A DNA stretch of 62,948 nucleotides, filler included, from Reticulomyxa filosa (GCA_000512085.1; 21 parts of 21 records of this genome joined end to end with filler, not necessarily neighbours in it), one strand, 5' to 3'; positions 48,492-61,404 are shown, counted from the whole stretch's first letter. Numbers and translations are program-made. Notes: a model not told the origin generated them from the letters alone.

Positions 48492-50230
48492 AATATATAC
48501 ATATATATATATATATATGTATATACAAATGTATATACATATATAAATATATATTTATATATGTATACTTTTGAATAATGGCTGTGGAGTTTGTGTAATG
48601 GAGAGACTCAGATTCAAATTGGTGCTGGATGGTGATATGGACTCTTGTACGATTGGAGGCTGTGCTAATGGACTGTTATTGCAAACACTTTGAAAACACG
48701 GGAAGTGGGAAGCTTGCAGCGATTCGACTTTGACAAGAGGGAGATGGAGAGACGCTTGAATTGGACATTCTGGAATGTGCGGAAGGGTGAATTTGGCGTT
48801 TAACATTTGCATTACGTCGTCAGGATAACCACGGATGCGAATGTTGGCGTACTGGTCGATAGCCGTTGGGTGCAAGCTGATAACGCATACCCCATTTTTT
48901 TTTTTCCCGCTCATCATTTTGCATAGATGGATACCGAGGCCTGTTTGTACGCAATTGTCCACAACCAAACACACATCCGCCAACGCCAGTCGTTCTTCCA
49001 TCGTTTCAATGCCAATCTTGTTGTCTTTTACCTCTGTGTTCCAATGGTGCATTACCGTCAATCCATTGATGTCTATTGTTTGTATATTGTTTACAAGGAT
49101 TTTTTTTTTTTGGATTACGTGTAAGGTTTTGAACTTTGCCAGGTACCTGTCACTGCTCTTTGTTGGCCCAACGTACTCTCGGAAAAGTTTGGAATCAGCC
49201 CATTGAAAAGTGATCTCTCCCTGTCATCGTCCCTTTCATACAAGGTATCCCCGATTTCCAACAACCAATGCTTTAAGTATCCTGCCTTTTTCAATGTCAT
49301 CAATGCCAAATACGTCGGGCTTGGTTTCATTGGGAAATGCCAGCCATTGCCATTTATCAAATGAAATTTTTCTCCAAAAAGATTTGCCGACATACTCCAA
49401 TCTCCTTCTATATTCATTCATACGCACAAATACATAAACAACCCAAAGATTTTCTTTTTTTCTCTCTCTCTTTTTTTTTTTTTTTCGTCTGTGCGTCATT
49501 GCGTCAAGCCTTGTACTGACGAACAAAACAAAAAAGCGCTTGGGTACGTATACGTCTTTGGTGACGCAGATTATATTTTCTATTTCGCAAGCACGCTTAT
49601 GCAATAAAATATGTATCAAAAGGCTTTTTTTTTTTTTTTTCCTCTCTCTCTTTCGAATCTTGCTGTGGTTTTTTTGTTTTCTTCTTACACTTGGATACCT
49701 GCACAAAACACGTCATCACAACGTATTAGTTTTTTTTAACAATGTGCCGACTTCCACATTTTTTTTTTTGTATTAAGAAAACAAAAAAAACGGAATGTCT
49801 GACCATTAAACCAAAAAAAATGCAAAATTAGGAGTTGATGATGTGTTTCCATAAGAATTAAAGGAAAAAAAAACTTCATAGGAATGGAAACAATCATATC
49901 TTGGTGAAGCTTTCGAGATTTCTCGTCCCTCTTCCCCTTTTTCATTTGTTTGTTTTTTTTTATAAATTTTTTTGTTCCTTGATGGCAAAAAAATGACCGG
50001 GTTCATTGTATTGCTTGTGGTCGAAAAAAATCTTTTTTGTTTCTCATGGACCACAGAAAGACCAAACACAGTCAAAAAGTCCTACCATAAGCAGAAGCGC
50101 CACCGATGTCTGCACTTGTTAGTGCAATCATGTGCTTGGAAGACGTGATGACTTTAACAAGTTGAGTCACTTTCTCTGCGAGGCTTTGACCGTTGTCCAT
50201 TTCTGTATTGCCCTTTAGAAACGGCCACAT
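46616..50230 (-). CDS. Degenerate class IV (SIRT6/7-like) sirtuin domain - Myb/SANT - Q/E-rich - bZIP fusion protein, ~819 aa
   Basis: Exons 50230-50086, 49407-49147, 49072-48569, 48439-47607, 47490-47345, 47186-46616; all introns GT-AG and phase-compatible. Sirtuin: [69 protein letters not shown]. Myb: RWTEGE...[20 protein letters not shown]. bZIP: [15 protein letters not shown]. The 3' end is uncertain. Confidence 0.7.
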
Positions 50231-51371
50231 TTTTCCTTTCCCAGTAACAAAATTGTTGTGATATGTCCACCGGTTATGTAGTTTTTTTTTAAATTTGTGA
50301 GACAAACAGCGACACGTTCGTGCCAAACGCTTTCTGGAAGCTTAGCTTCTCGTTTTACTGTACACCCAAGTTTTGAACAAAACTTGAGGGTTTTGGTTTC
50401 AACAAAAACTAGATCTTTTACAATGTAACAGTTCTGAAAAACGATTTTGAAATATAACTATGTTTATGGGAATAATTTTTTAAATTGTTTTAAAAGTGCA
50501 ACTGCTACAATCAACAAANNNNNNNNNNNNNNNNNNNNNNNNNNNNNNNNNNNNNNNNNNNNTTAATTAATTAANNNNNNNNNNNNNNNNNNNNNNNNNN
50601 NNNNNNNNNNNNNNNNNNCAAGACGTCCTGAATCCAAATCTGAAATCAGAAAGTTTCTACGAGGAATAGATAGTGAGCATTATTCAATTTCCCATTAAGC
50701 TATAAAACATGATTTTTTCATAGTACACTGACTGTAAAATGGTATACTCATAGATTGAAAAATAGGTTTATTTTTTATTATAAAGGTTTAAGTTGAAATC
50801 GTTTTGGCAAACTTACAATTAATATTGATTAATACATGATGGATAAAACACCGGACAAATACTTTGTCATATTTTTAGCTAATTTGGAAAATGAGGTTCA
50901 GTATGTTTGCCAATTTGTTTTTTGTGATAACATTATGTCAAATTGCATTTTCATAAAGCAAGTCAGTTAAAATCTTATCACATTAAGCATGACTTTGGTT
51001 TCATGCCCAAATAAATGACTATTTGCTTTTTTATTATTGCCATTATTATCATTTGAAATAAAATGACAAATAAACAATTGTTTTTTAAATGGTTATACAA
51101 ATTGAGATATTACGATTTGTTGCGTTGATTTGATGATCATTATAGAAATGAGATATCAGAATCGTTACAAGCTATCCATGACAGTATGCCTGTTAGAGAC
51201 AGTATCAAAATACTGAGCTTGGCTGGTGAGCGAGCTTTGCAAACGTATATTACCCAAGTTTTTGTGTTTGTGTGCTTACAGTCTTGCTCATTTATGTTGC
51301 ATATACATATATGTATATATATTTTATAACTAGTCCAAACTATTCATCCATTGTAATGGAATATCATAATG

Positions 51372-51735
51372 GTCCCGCAGTTGCAATCACAATGACTGGA
51401 ATTTTCAACAGTTGCGAAATTTTGTCGCAGTCCAATTCGCGAATGCTTGTTGCCAATCGATTCAGGTTTGTTATGTCTTCGCGACGCTTACATGTGCGTC
51501 GTCTTAGTTGTTGCTACCGCTACGCGATATCACAATCACGTCTTGTGCTGCTGCTCAAACAGTGGCAACACTTGCAATGGCCTTTGGCGCAACAATTGAC
51601 CCATCTTTGGTCACGCCCTTCAGGTCCACTTCCACAAAGTAATGCTTTTTGTCTTAATTCGCGCTCAACTGATCGCGATAGATAAAGTTGTTGTCTTCTA
51701 CAATAAACTCACGCAACATCCACACATGGCGTTGC
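51372..51735 (-). pseudogene. MCM5: MCM5 N-terminal domain pseudogene fragment
   Basis: Manual translation: LREFIVEDNNFIYRDQLSAN*DKKHYFVEVDL...PLQVLPLFEQ/AAQDV...TSIRELDCDKISQLLKIPVIVIATA, with in-frame stops and frameshifts. Confidence 0.7.
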
Positions 51736-54700
51736 TGGTTTTGATGCGAAAAGGTCACTACGACTTCATCTCAATTCATTTTTCAGCTTGGATGCACTTG
51801 AAATAAGCGAGCAATATTATGTCGACTTCAATTATTCGTTNNNNNNNNNNNNNNNNNNNNNNNNNNNNNNNNNNNNNNNNNNNNTTAATTAATTAANNNN
51901 NNNNNNNNNNNNNNNNNNNNNNNNNNNNNNNNNNNNNNNNTCGTTTTAGATGTCAGCATCATTGTTTTTTTTTCCAATAAAAATATTTATCTACTCACAA
52001 AATATTTCTGGTGTAATTTCACTAATGATGTACATGTATTACCTATTTCACTCTAAACTTTTTTACACAATTTTGTTTACTTTTTGACTATTTTTTTTTT
52101 TTTTCCAAGATCTTTTTAAATAGAATTGTAAAATTTTGTATCAAGATTAAACAATTGGAATTGGAATCATTGAACTTCAGTTGAATAACTAAAAGACGAC
52201 TTAATCTAATGATGATGATGATTGTAATTGCAAAAGAAACAATATATCATCATTTTTTAAAACAAAAATATAATCTATTTTAATATAACTGGCTGTTTAA
52301 AATTACTTTTTTGTTTTTAAAAGGATGGAATATAATGTAAAATAATAAAGATTATTTGTAAAATATTTTTCTTTTTTTCAGAATAGTTTTAAATTTTTTT
52401 TGTAAAAAACTTGAGCAATTTCAATTGTAAATACTTTAAATAGACGATTCTTTTTACAAAATTGTAAATTTGTTTCAACAAAAGTGTATTATTTGATTGG
52501 AATTATTCACTCAACTTTTTGCTCTTTTATTCTTAATTTTGTATTTGTCTAATTGCATTCCAAAAGATAAAACAGCTAATTGTTAGAATTATCAAGTGGT
52601 AATTTCGAAGTAAAGTGTTCTTTATACACTTAATCATTTCATCAATTTATCTACAGTAGTTTGCAAAAAAAATGGTAAACATATTATGCTACTTTATGAA
52701 GATAATCAATTTTCTCTAGAAAACAAATATTTAATATTATTTTTTAAAAATATCTACGATGTTTGTAGTTTTTATATAGTATATTGTCAAAGTTTTAAAT
52801 GAATTTGTTTGAAAGAAAAATCAGATAGTGAAAACATGCAATTTTATCAATGTATAATATATATTTTGCAATACTATTACCATTTAAAATATTTTTCCCA
52901 AATATATTTTATTGTCACAATTTGATTGTTATTTGTGATTTAAAAAACTGTAACATACACAATCGTTCATAAAAGAAAAGATTGCCACATTCAAGAAATA
53001 TAGTTTGCAAATTTACAATAATTGTATTGAAATTTCTGTTGTAATCAATTCCTTTCATTTACACAAAACTGAACTCGACTTTACAGTAGTTATAGGAAAT
53101 GTTGCGTTTATTTTGTGTTCAATTAGTGCAATTGTTTTAACATAAAACAAATATTATGCGAATTCAAGGCAATAAAGCAGAATGGACCATAGCAAAAGAT
53201 CAGTTTGGAGTGACCTTTGGCGAGAGGATAGCTATTTGAAAAAACATAGAAAGAACCAACAAAAGTAACAAAATGATAGTTCTTGGATTTTTTCGTTACT
53301 CTGGTTATTATCAAACTCTATATTTTCATATAACTTTGGAGTCAATTCCCTATATTCTTTTTTATGTTAAAAAAATATATCTCTTATATGAAAATTTTTG
53401 AAATGGCAATTGAAATAGTTAAAAGTTATTTAATGCTAATAACACTTGAATAAAGGCTGATGTACAAATTCAAAAATTTTTTATTTTACTTTTTAAAAAT
53501 GTTTTAAAAGAGTGCAGTCACTCTAAATTTAATAAAAGATTCCAATTTTTATAATTACATTGATATTGCAACAATGTGAAAAAAAATTTTTTTTGGTATA
53601 CATTTCAACACAATGCTCAGGCTGACGAAAATTAAATAAATAAAAGAAATTTCCTGGAAGAAAACAAGTCTCCTGGAAGGAAAAAAGAGTCCCTCTGTGT
53701 AGAAGGATGTCGAACCAAAAAATCATTTCACCAAATAAACTTCTATTTCCTGCACTACAAATTTTTCACTTTCTGCCAANNNNNNNNNNNNNNNNNNNNN
53801 NNNNNNNNNNNNNNNNNNNNNNNTTAATTAATTAANNNNNNNNNNNNNNNNNNNNNNNNNNNNNNNNNNNNNNNNNNNNATATTTTGTTGCATTTTCCGA
53901 CTCCAGTTCAATTCGATCGGTGAAGTGTGTCTATTATCACAGCGGCGACTAGAGCAGACGGACTTGTAGTTTGAAATCATCGCGATATGGAGTCAGGACA
54001 GTTGGCAAGGTTCTCCCAAGTCAATCACAGACAATCTAGACCTTGGTGCCGCCAAATATAAAAGCAAGCTCACCAAGAGAAAAAAAAAAGCGACGATAAC
54101 ACGCAAAGTGGAAACAATGCCGAAATTATGGTACATCGACGGCGGGTAGCGACTGAACTGAGGAAGAAGTGGAAGTCAAGAAAGAAAATGGCGTAGAAGT
54201 TGTCAAGAAAATACCCATTCACGACGATCGAGCAAATGACTACATCGGGAGAATCGCTCCATGTAAAAGTGGCCCAATTCGGTGGAGGAGCTATGCGAAA
54301 CTCGTGTCAAGATACCGAGCAAGAAGATGGAGACGATGAGAAGAAAAAGAATTCCGAGCACATATCACATTCGGTTAGTTTTATATAAAAAAAAAATAAA
54401 TAAAGCAGTCGAAGGGCTTTGCTGAGTTTAGTTATGGAATTATCCTTCATGCCTGGGAACGCGCAAAGTCGCCACTCGCGAGCATCGCCTAACTTCCCAT
54501 ACCGCGCCCCAATAGAAAAATGATGGTCAGTGGCAGTTCAAACAATTGGGAAAGGACGTTTAAAATCAAAATAGGCTCGCAAACGTTTCTACTGATAATT
54601 GTTAGCCGGCAAAGCACCAAAGATTGCGTCGAAATGCAGTCAACTGGCACCAATAAACAAGGAACACTCGGTCATTATGGAAATTGCTCTAATCTTGTTA

Positions 54701-55540
54701 ACGCAGAGATTGAGCACTCGTTCCAAAAGTGGTTGTATATGTGCGCAAATTCGCAACTTAGATTTTGAATCTTGAAAAAAGATAGATAGAGAAAGAGAGC
54801 TGATCGCATTTCCCGACTCCATCGGTGCAAGAGTTGTGTGCCTTACGTTCGGCAAAGATAAGATACGTTTCTTCGACAAACTACTTCCGAAGTCGACTAT
54901 TGACTACCGACGGCATGTTCGATGGCACTCAAGAAAGCAAGAAAGAAAAACAACAGCGATCACGTCAATAATAAAAAAAGCAATTACAAATGATGCTCTC
55001 CCTCATCGAATCGACAATCCAAAAATTGCTGAATGGATGCATGATGCATGATGATGGATGCATAGAATTTCCAATAACGACAAATTATCCAAGGCCAAAA
55101 TGTGTCTCTTATCACAAAGGCGACGGAGTGAATAAATTTGGTATTTTAGAAAATGTACATTGTATCATTGCATTGGAACAATTTGAAAAAAATTATTCCA
55201 GTTCAATCAATGACTATCTGGATTAACAATGCCAAGTACAGCGTTAGTGATGCTTGTAATGACGACGACGACGAAACGCAGTCCAGGTCCTCGTTTACTC
55301 ATTTGTCAATTGTTTGAACACATTGGACTTGTGACGGCGCGCATCAAATATGGGTCATCGCTTGCGTTTTAAATTNNNNNNNNNNNNNNNNNNNNNNNNN
55401 NNNNNNNNNNNNNNNNNNNTTAATTAATTAANNNNNNNNNNNNNNNNNNNNNNNNNNNNNNNNNNNNNNNNNNNNTACTTTACTTTCCCTCCCTCTCTGC
55501 TACGTAATCCAAAAAAAAAAAAAAAAAAAACACAAAGTAC

Positions 55541-56362
55541 TTTGGCAATATCCTTTTCCCACAACGAATCGGAAGCAATCAAATAGCGATTGCCATTGGC
55601 CTTATCAGAAGTAAGTGCGTTGACATGTGCAAGAGCGACATCCCGAACATCGCAAAGGATAACATGTGTGGACGATATGGGATGTACCGGAGAGAAAGCA
55701 AAGACGGTAGGAAGCATGCAATTGGGCAAGCGAGGATAAAGCAAAGGTCCAAAGCAATGAGCCGGACAAATGGAGACCACTTGAAATGGATAGTTATGTG
55801 TCTTCACAAAATCGAACGCCAATTGTTCGGCCAACACTTTGGATTTGGCATAATCGGTAACCATTGGCTTAGTCAGATCTGTCCATACCTCGCTCGACAC
55901 ATAAATGACGTCACGAGGACGCGGATGGTTATTCCATCCGAATGCATTCATTGCCGCACCACTCCCTGTGTACACAAATTTTTTCACTGTTTTGCTTTTC
56001 AAACATGCCTCCAAAATTCGACGTGTCCCTTCTACCACTGGTGCTATTATGTCTTCCTTTGCTTTGTTCCCGGCATGCATGTACGTCTTACGTACCGTCG
56101 CTGTGTGCAATACGTACTCGCAACCTTCCACTGCCTTATCCCAATTCTTGTCCAAACTCAAGTCGCACTCCACCAACTCAATGTCTCCTTTGCTTTTCGA
56201 CAAATTGTAAATCGGCTTGTGCTTGTCTTGCGCGCCATTATTGCGCACCGTCCCGCGCACGCGGTAGCCCCTTTCTACCAGCTGCTTTATCACATGACCG
56301 GCTATAAAGCCTGTCGCTCCGGTCACTAACACCAACGGCTTTTTCTCTGTTTGTCCAGACAT
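55541..56362 (-). CDS. NAD(P)-dependent epimerase/dehydratase (extended SDR; GRE2/aldehyde reductase II-like), 3' end missing
   Basis: VLVTGATGFIAGH, GYRVRGTVR, catalytic YAKSK, DVRDVALAHV. Confidence 0.92.
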
Positions 56363-56655
56363 TCTTTTAATGAAAACAAATTATCAATTATTATTAGAAT
56401 AAAATTATTATAGTATTTTTCCCATTTTTGGGGAGCCCCGACAGTTTTTAAAAAAAAACACGTGTAAAAAATAATGCAAAAAAAAAAAAGATAAAAAATG
56501 TAATAATAGTAAGAAAAGGATGTTTGTTTTACAAATGATTACACTTATCGAAATATTTTCAGTGGAATGAATGAAATTTACAATACACGTATAATTTTTT
56601 TGGCGGACCTGCTCAATTTGAGAGTTATTCACTTTTTTTTTTTAAAAAATAAAAT

Positions 56656-57153
56656 TTATTTGGCTTTACTGGCTGACTGCTGTTTGAAGTTTTTGACAAA
56701 ATTGATAAAGCCATCTAGATCAGTGACAAAGCCAATGCCATTGCGATTTTTCATGTCAACAAACTCTTTCATTAAGTTGGTTCCGTTTTTCATGCCTTCC
56801 AACAAAATGCACGGATAAGTTGGAGGCGTGGACAGATAGGTTTTTTTGGTTTTGTCTCTCAGATCAAGCATGTGAGATCTGTCACTATAAAAAGTGTTCA
56901 AGTACTGCTGTGCAGGAATACACCGAAATTGGTGCTTCCATTTTTTGGGGATAGGTTGGGACTCAACCAATTGTGGCTGGAAACTTCCCTCCACAAATGT
57001 CCCGACCTTGCACGGGAAAGACAAACGACTGTCCACGTCCAGTATCACACTTTCACTCCAATTGCTTGGGTGCAAGTATAGACCTATCACGTGATAATCC
57101 CATATTATTGGGTTTAATGAGTTACTTGACGATTTGCTATTCCAAATAGGTAT
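56656..57153 (-). CDS. NTAQ1: Protein N-terminal glutamine amidohydrolase, last exon
   Basis: Extending ORF 56656-57090 upstream gives IPIWN...PIIWDYHVI; also ILDVDSRLSFPC, YLNTFYSDRSHM, PPTYPCI. Confidence 0.9.
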   Translation of the reverse strand: MPIWNSKSSSNSLNPIIWDYHVIGLYLHPSNWSESVILDVDSRLSFPCKVGTFVEGSFQPQLVESQPIPKKWKHQFRCIPAQQYLNTFYSDRSHMLDLRDKTKKTYLSTPPTYPCILLEGMKNGTNLMKEFVDMKNRNGIGFVTDLDGFINFVKNFKQQSASKAK

Positions 57154-57163
57154 CTTTTATTAT

Positions 57164-57198
<35 letters not shown>

Positions 57199-57346
57199 NN
57201 NNNNNNNNNNNNNNNNNNNNNNNNNNNNNNNNNNNNNNNNNNTTAATTAATTAANNNNNNNNNNNNNNNNNNNNNNNNNNNNNNNNNNNNNNNNNNNNAA
57301 AAAAAAAAAGCTTTTTTGATGGATAGAAGAGTTAACAAATACAAAC

Positions 57347-58244
57347 CAAAGCATCCATTAACAATGCCACATAATCGTCATTGGAGAAAGCATTAGATTG
57401 ATTGGTCGAATCCAACAAGGATTTTTTCTCTTGCGATTGTGTATCGTCTTCGGGAAATTCATCGTCATTGGAGCGTGTATGTTCTTCCGAACTGCCACTC
57501 TTATTGTTTGAATCGCTCACAAGCTTGTTGGGTGTGTGTTGATGCCATTGATTTTTAAAGCCTAATACTAAAATATTTCCGCGCAGTTTTCCTAGCCCGG
57601 CCAATTGGAACAACAGATGCGCTCCTTTCCGAATGGTCGGCGCAGTGACATTTTCAAAAAAAGCTTGCATTTTCATTTGCTCTGGCAAATAGCTTGTGTA
57701 TTGACTTAGTTCGTCAATGTGTTGAGTAAAATCACCTGTGATAACATTGGCATAAATGAGCATCCCGTGACCTCGTTGCAACGTATACACAAATTTCACC
57801 AAAGGAATGCAATTTTCAGGATTTCCACACAAAACAAGAAACGAGGGTTGAAAGTTTTTCACATGGACTTTGTAATGCATCAGTTGCAGCACTGCCCGAT
57901 TTGCCTACACATCAAATCCAAGCAATGTCAAACTAAATCACCAACACAACAAAAAAATAACAAATAGTGCCCCCAAACCTTCCATTTGTCTCTCGATTCG
58001 AAGGCAGAGCCCCAGTTGACATTGGGCTTGGAATACGACACATATCCATAGATGCTGGCGCCAATAATGATGGCAACGACAGCGTAGTCCAGACGCGTGG
58101 CCAACATAATGACAACACACAACAGACCCCCTATCAAGGCTGTGTGTTGACTATAATATTTGAAGGCCGGACGCCAAGCTGGTGAATGGCTGATGGTCAT
58201 GAAATAACACGCTATCGAAATAAATGCATATGTCCCCAAAAAGA
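57347..58244 (-). CDS. SLC12 cation-chloride cotransporter, internal exons
   Basis: SPAWRPAFKYY, PNVNWGS, HVKNFQPSFLVLCGNP, AGLGKLRGNILVLGFK..W. Confidence 0.9.
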
Positions 58245-58674
58245 CTGTATTTATGTGTTGGCAATTCCATTGCATTTGGGATGGAATGGGATGGGATGGA
58301 CATTACAAACATATCCACACATACAAACGCACACACACACACACACACTTGTGTGATTAAAGGAGCAATNNNNNNNNNNNNNNNNNNNNNNNNNNNNNNN
58401 NNNNNNNNNNNNNTTAATTAATTAANNNNNNNNNNNNNNNNNNNNNNNNNNNNNNNNNNNNNNNNNNNNTATATATATATATATATACAATTTCATTTTT
58501 TAAAAATAGATATGCATATATATAAATGTAAAAATTTTTTTTTATACTAAACTCGATAAATATGTTGAAAGTAGTTTTTGAAGAAATTATGAAAGCGAAG
58601 TTTAAATTCATCGTTAATTTCTTGTGGCTTTTGTAACTCATTCTGTGTAAAAACATGTCATGCACATCATATCA

Positions 58675-60009
58675 TCATTGAGAGGGAAAAAAAAAACAAA
58701 AAAAAAAACAACACACCAATTCGGTAGTGATATCAGGGAATAATTCGGCATGCTTCAAAAACTTTGCCTCTCGAGAGGGAATATCTTGTTTCGGCGTTAT
58801 GTCGGGTGTCTTTGATTCGGTTTGGGCGAGCGCAGCTTCCACATCTTTTCTATTAACATCCTTCAACATGTTATCGATACCAAAGCTCGAGTCAATGGTG
58901 GGGTTGATGATATCCGGTTTTGATTGCAGCGCATTCAAGAGAGTAGATTCAAGTCTGCCGGCCAATTGATCCAACTCGCAGAACAGCAAGCGACAATCTT
59001 CGAGCACATCTTGCGACTGTTGCGAAATTCGAACATATGATTCTTTTCGCATATTTTCGACAGCCACACTGCCTGTCAAATAGCACATGGCATCTCTGGT
59101 GATTAACGCCTTCGGCCAAAAGTGTTCATTATCGGCATCCTGATCATTTGGAGCATGGACAGGCAAGAACCCATATGCAATCGACATATCTTTGAGAGGC
59201 GAGTCGGGTGTGAAGAATCTTGCCTGAGCCAAGCACTCATTCACAGTTGTGCCTTGCGGAATAATCATGGCAAAGCGACAATAGATTGCATCATTCGAAG
59301 ATATTCGTGAATTTATGATGTGTAAGTCGTTTTGCCAAATCTCCGCCACCTCTTTAATTCTATGTTTCAGATGGCCCGGCAAGTCCTTCTTCTTCCCGTC
59401 CAACAATTGCGACACGTACTCTTCGCATACGTGAGCATTTGCGAAGCGTTGCTCAACAAACATAATTTCGTCATTCTCGATAACAGGCCATTCTTTTTGG
59501 AGGGTCTGCTCGCTTGCAAAGCGGGTCAGGTTTTGGATCTTGCTTCCTTCCAACAGACTGGTTGTCATCTTTTGCGGGAGCAGCTTATTGCTGTGGTCAA
59601 ACTGGCTCAAATCTGTCATTTGTGGCGAACTCACCAAGGTCTGCCATTGTTTGTCGTCATAACACCACTCTGGATTGGTTTGGCAAGTCGTCAAGTTTTT
59701 ATCATGCGACTTTTGCAGCTTTCTTGGAATCGCCAACGATTTTATTGGCTCTTCTTTTGTTTGTCCACCTGAAGATGGCAATGGCCTTGGTTGGAAAGTC
59801 TTGGATGGCTCGGATTTTTTGGGTGGTTCTGATTTTTTGGTTGTCTCTGGTTTTTTTGGAGGCTCTGATTTTTCGAATCGCTCTAATTTTTTTGGTGGCT
59901 GCATGGAAATTGATGGTTTTCGATCAAGGATTGGTTTTGGTTCTGAGATTGTTGGCTCTGGGATCTTTGTCGCTTCTGGGGTTTTTGTTGGTTCTAAGGG
60001 TTTTGTTGG
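58675..60009 (-). CDS. Hypothetical protein, internal exon with Pro/Lys-rich repeats (KSEPPKK)
   Basis: More than 400 codons open; no family recognised. Confidence 0.6.
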   Translation of the reverse strand, partial: PTKPLEPTKTPEATKIPEPTISEPKPILDRKPSISMQPPKKLERFEKSEPPKKPETTKKSEPPKKSEPSKTFQPRPLPSSGGQTKEEPIKSLAIPRKLQKSHDKNLTTCQTNPEWCYDDKQWQTLVSSPQMTDLSQFDHSNKLLPQKMTTSLLEGSKIQNLTRFASEQTLQKEWPVIENDEIMFVEQRFANAHVCEEYVSQLLDGKKKDLPGHLKHRIKEVAEIWQNDLHIINSRISSNDAIYCRFAMIIPQGTTVNECLAQARFFTPDSPLKDMSIAYGFLPVHAPNDQDADNEHFWPKALITRDAMCYLTGSVAVENMRKESYVRISQQSQDVLEDCRLLFCELDQLAGRLESTLLNALQSKPDIINPTIDSSFGIDNMLKDVNRKDVEAALAQTESKTPDITPKQDIPSREAKFLKHAELFPDITTELVCCFFFCFFFPSQ

Positions 60010-60713
60010 NNNNNNNNNNNNNNNNNNNNNNNNNNNNNNNNNNNNNNNNNNNNTTAATTAATTAANNNNNNNNNNNNNNNNNNNNNNNNNNNNNNNNNNN
60101 NNNNNNNNNAGTGAGATTAAACATCTCAAACCTCTTTTATTTTCTCATAGGGATACCAAAATAAATTCCATTGCGATGGCGCCTGTGGCAAAGGCTTATA
60201 TTTGTACACATCGCCCAAAGATGCATTTGCAAGAAGGAGATTTCAACAGACAAACAACTTTGTGTTTTTGTTTTGTAATATTGTCACTTGTGGAGAGTCT
60301 TACGTCGGAAATCCACAACTCTCCAATGCTCCCAAAAAAACCTGGCAGCATTGCAAACTATGAAACGTTGGTCGACAATCTGCAAAGCCCCACCTTTTTT
60401 TGTTTCTCATGTCAGTGACCAAATCTACCCCTTCTTGGCCTTCAAAATCACACAAAACGATTTAACGTCGAACCAAAAGACTCGGTCCTAAGCAACCAAG
60501 TCTTCTCATGCTCGGACCCCAAAGTTTGACCTACTTTTCTTTTTTTTTTTAAATTTTTTTTAGAATCTTACAACTTGATACTAAGAAAACATCGTTTCAT
60601 CTACAAGGCAAGCCAATTTAATTTGTAAACTAAAAACAAATCGACACAGTGACACCCTTTTCTTTTAAAAAAAAGTTCTCTCTATAAAAAGGCCCCTTTT
60701 CCTAAAGCTTGAC

Positions 60714-61258
60714 ATGACCCAACCAACTACAGATAAAGTCGACTTTAATCTTGAGGAGACCATAAGCAATGTGTTGAAGAATGGGACCTGGAAATCAACT
60801 TCCTACATAGACTTTCCGCGAATGGCGAGCAAGTACACAGTAATTGACAACAGCAATCAAAAGAATGTAGTGTTGTTTAGGAACGGAGTATTTTCTCCGG
60901 ACAGCAAGAAGAAGAAGCAAGCAAAAGCGGACAAGGAAGACAAAGGGGACAAGACAAAAGTGGAAGCGAAAAGTGAAGAAGAGGAGAAGAAAAGCGAAGG
61001 CAAGACAAGTGAAGACAAGGATGAGAGTCAATTATATCCGAATCGGTTTGAGTATTTGTGCGCCATACTGGACATTTTGGCACGCCAATGTGACTCAATA
61101 ATGAAAGATCACGACAAAATGACAATCACTAATGCATTGGCGGTGGCAATCGTCAAAGCGAAAAAAGAGTTGACAGAGCAGTCAGCAAACTTGAGTGCAC
61201 AGGATATGTCCGAAGCTGTCGAGACTATTTTTAAACAGGACTCTGTCATACAAAACAG
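60714..61258 (+). CDS. Hypothetical protein, first exon (probably continues at 61457)
   Basis: ATG-initiated ORF with a charged linker; candidate donor AG|GTGTGA at 61259 and acceptor TAG ending at 61456. Confidence 0.55.
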
Positions 61259-61371
61259 GTGTGAGATCGAATTTGTCAAACAATTTGATCTGATTAACAG
61301 ATGTAACAACAAGAATGACAAATAAACAAATAAATAAATAATTATTATTAATAAATACATATAATATTATA

Positions 61372-61404
<33 letters not shown>

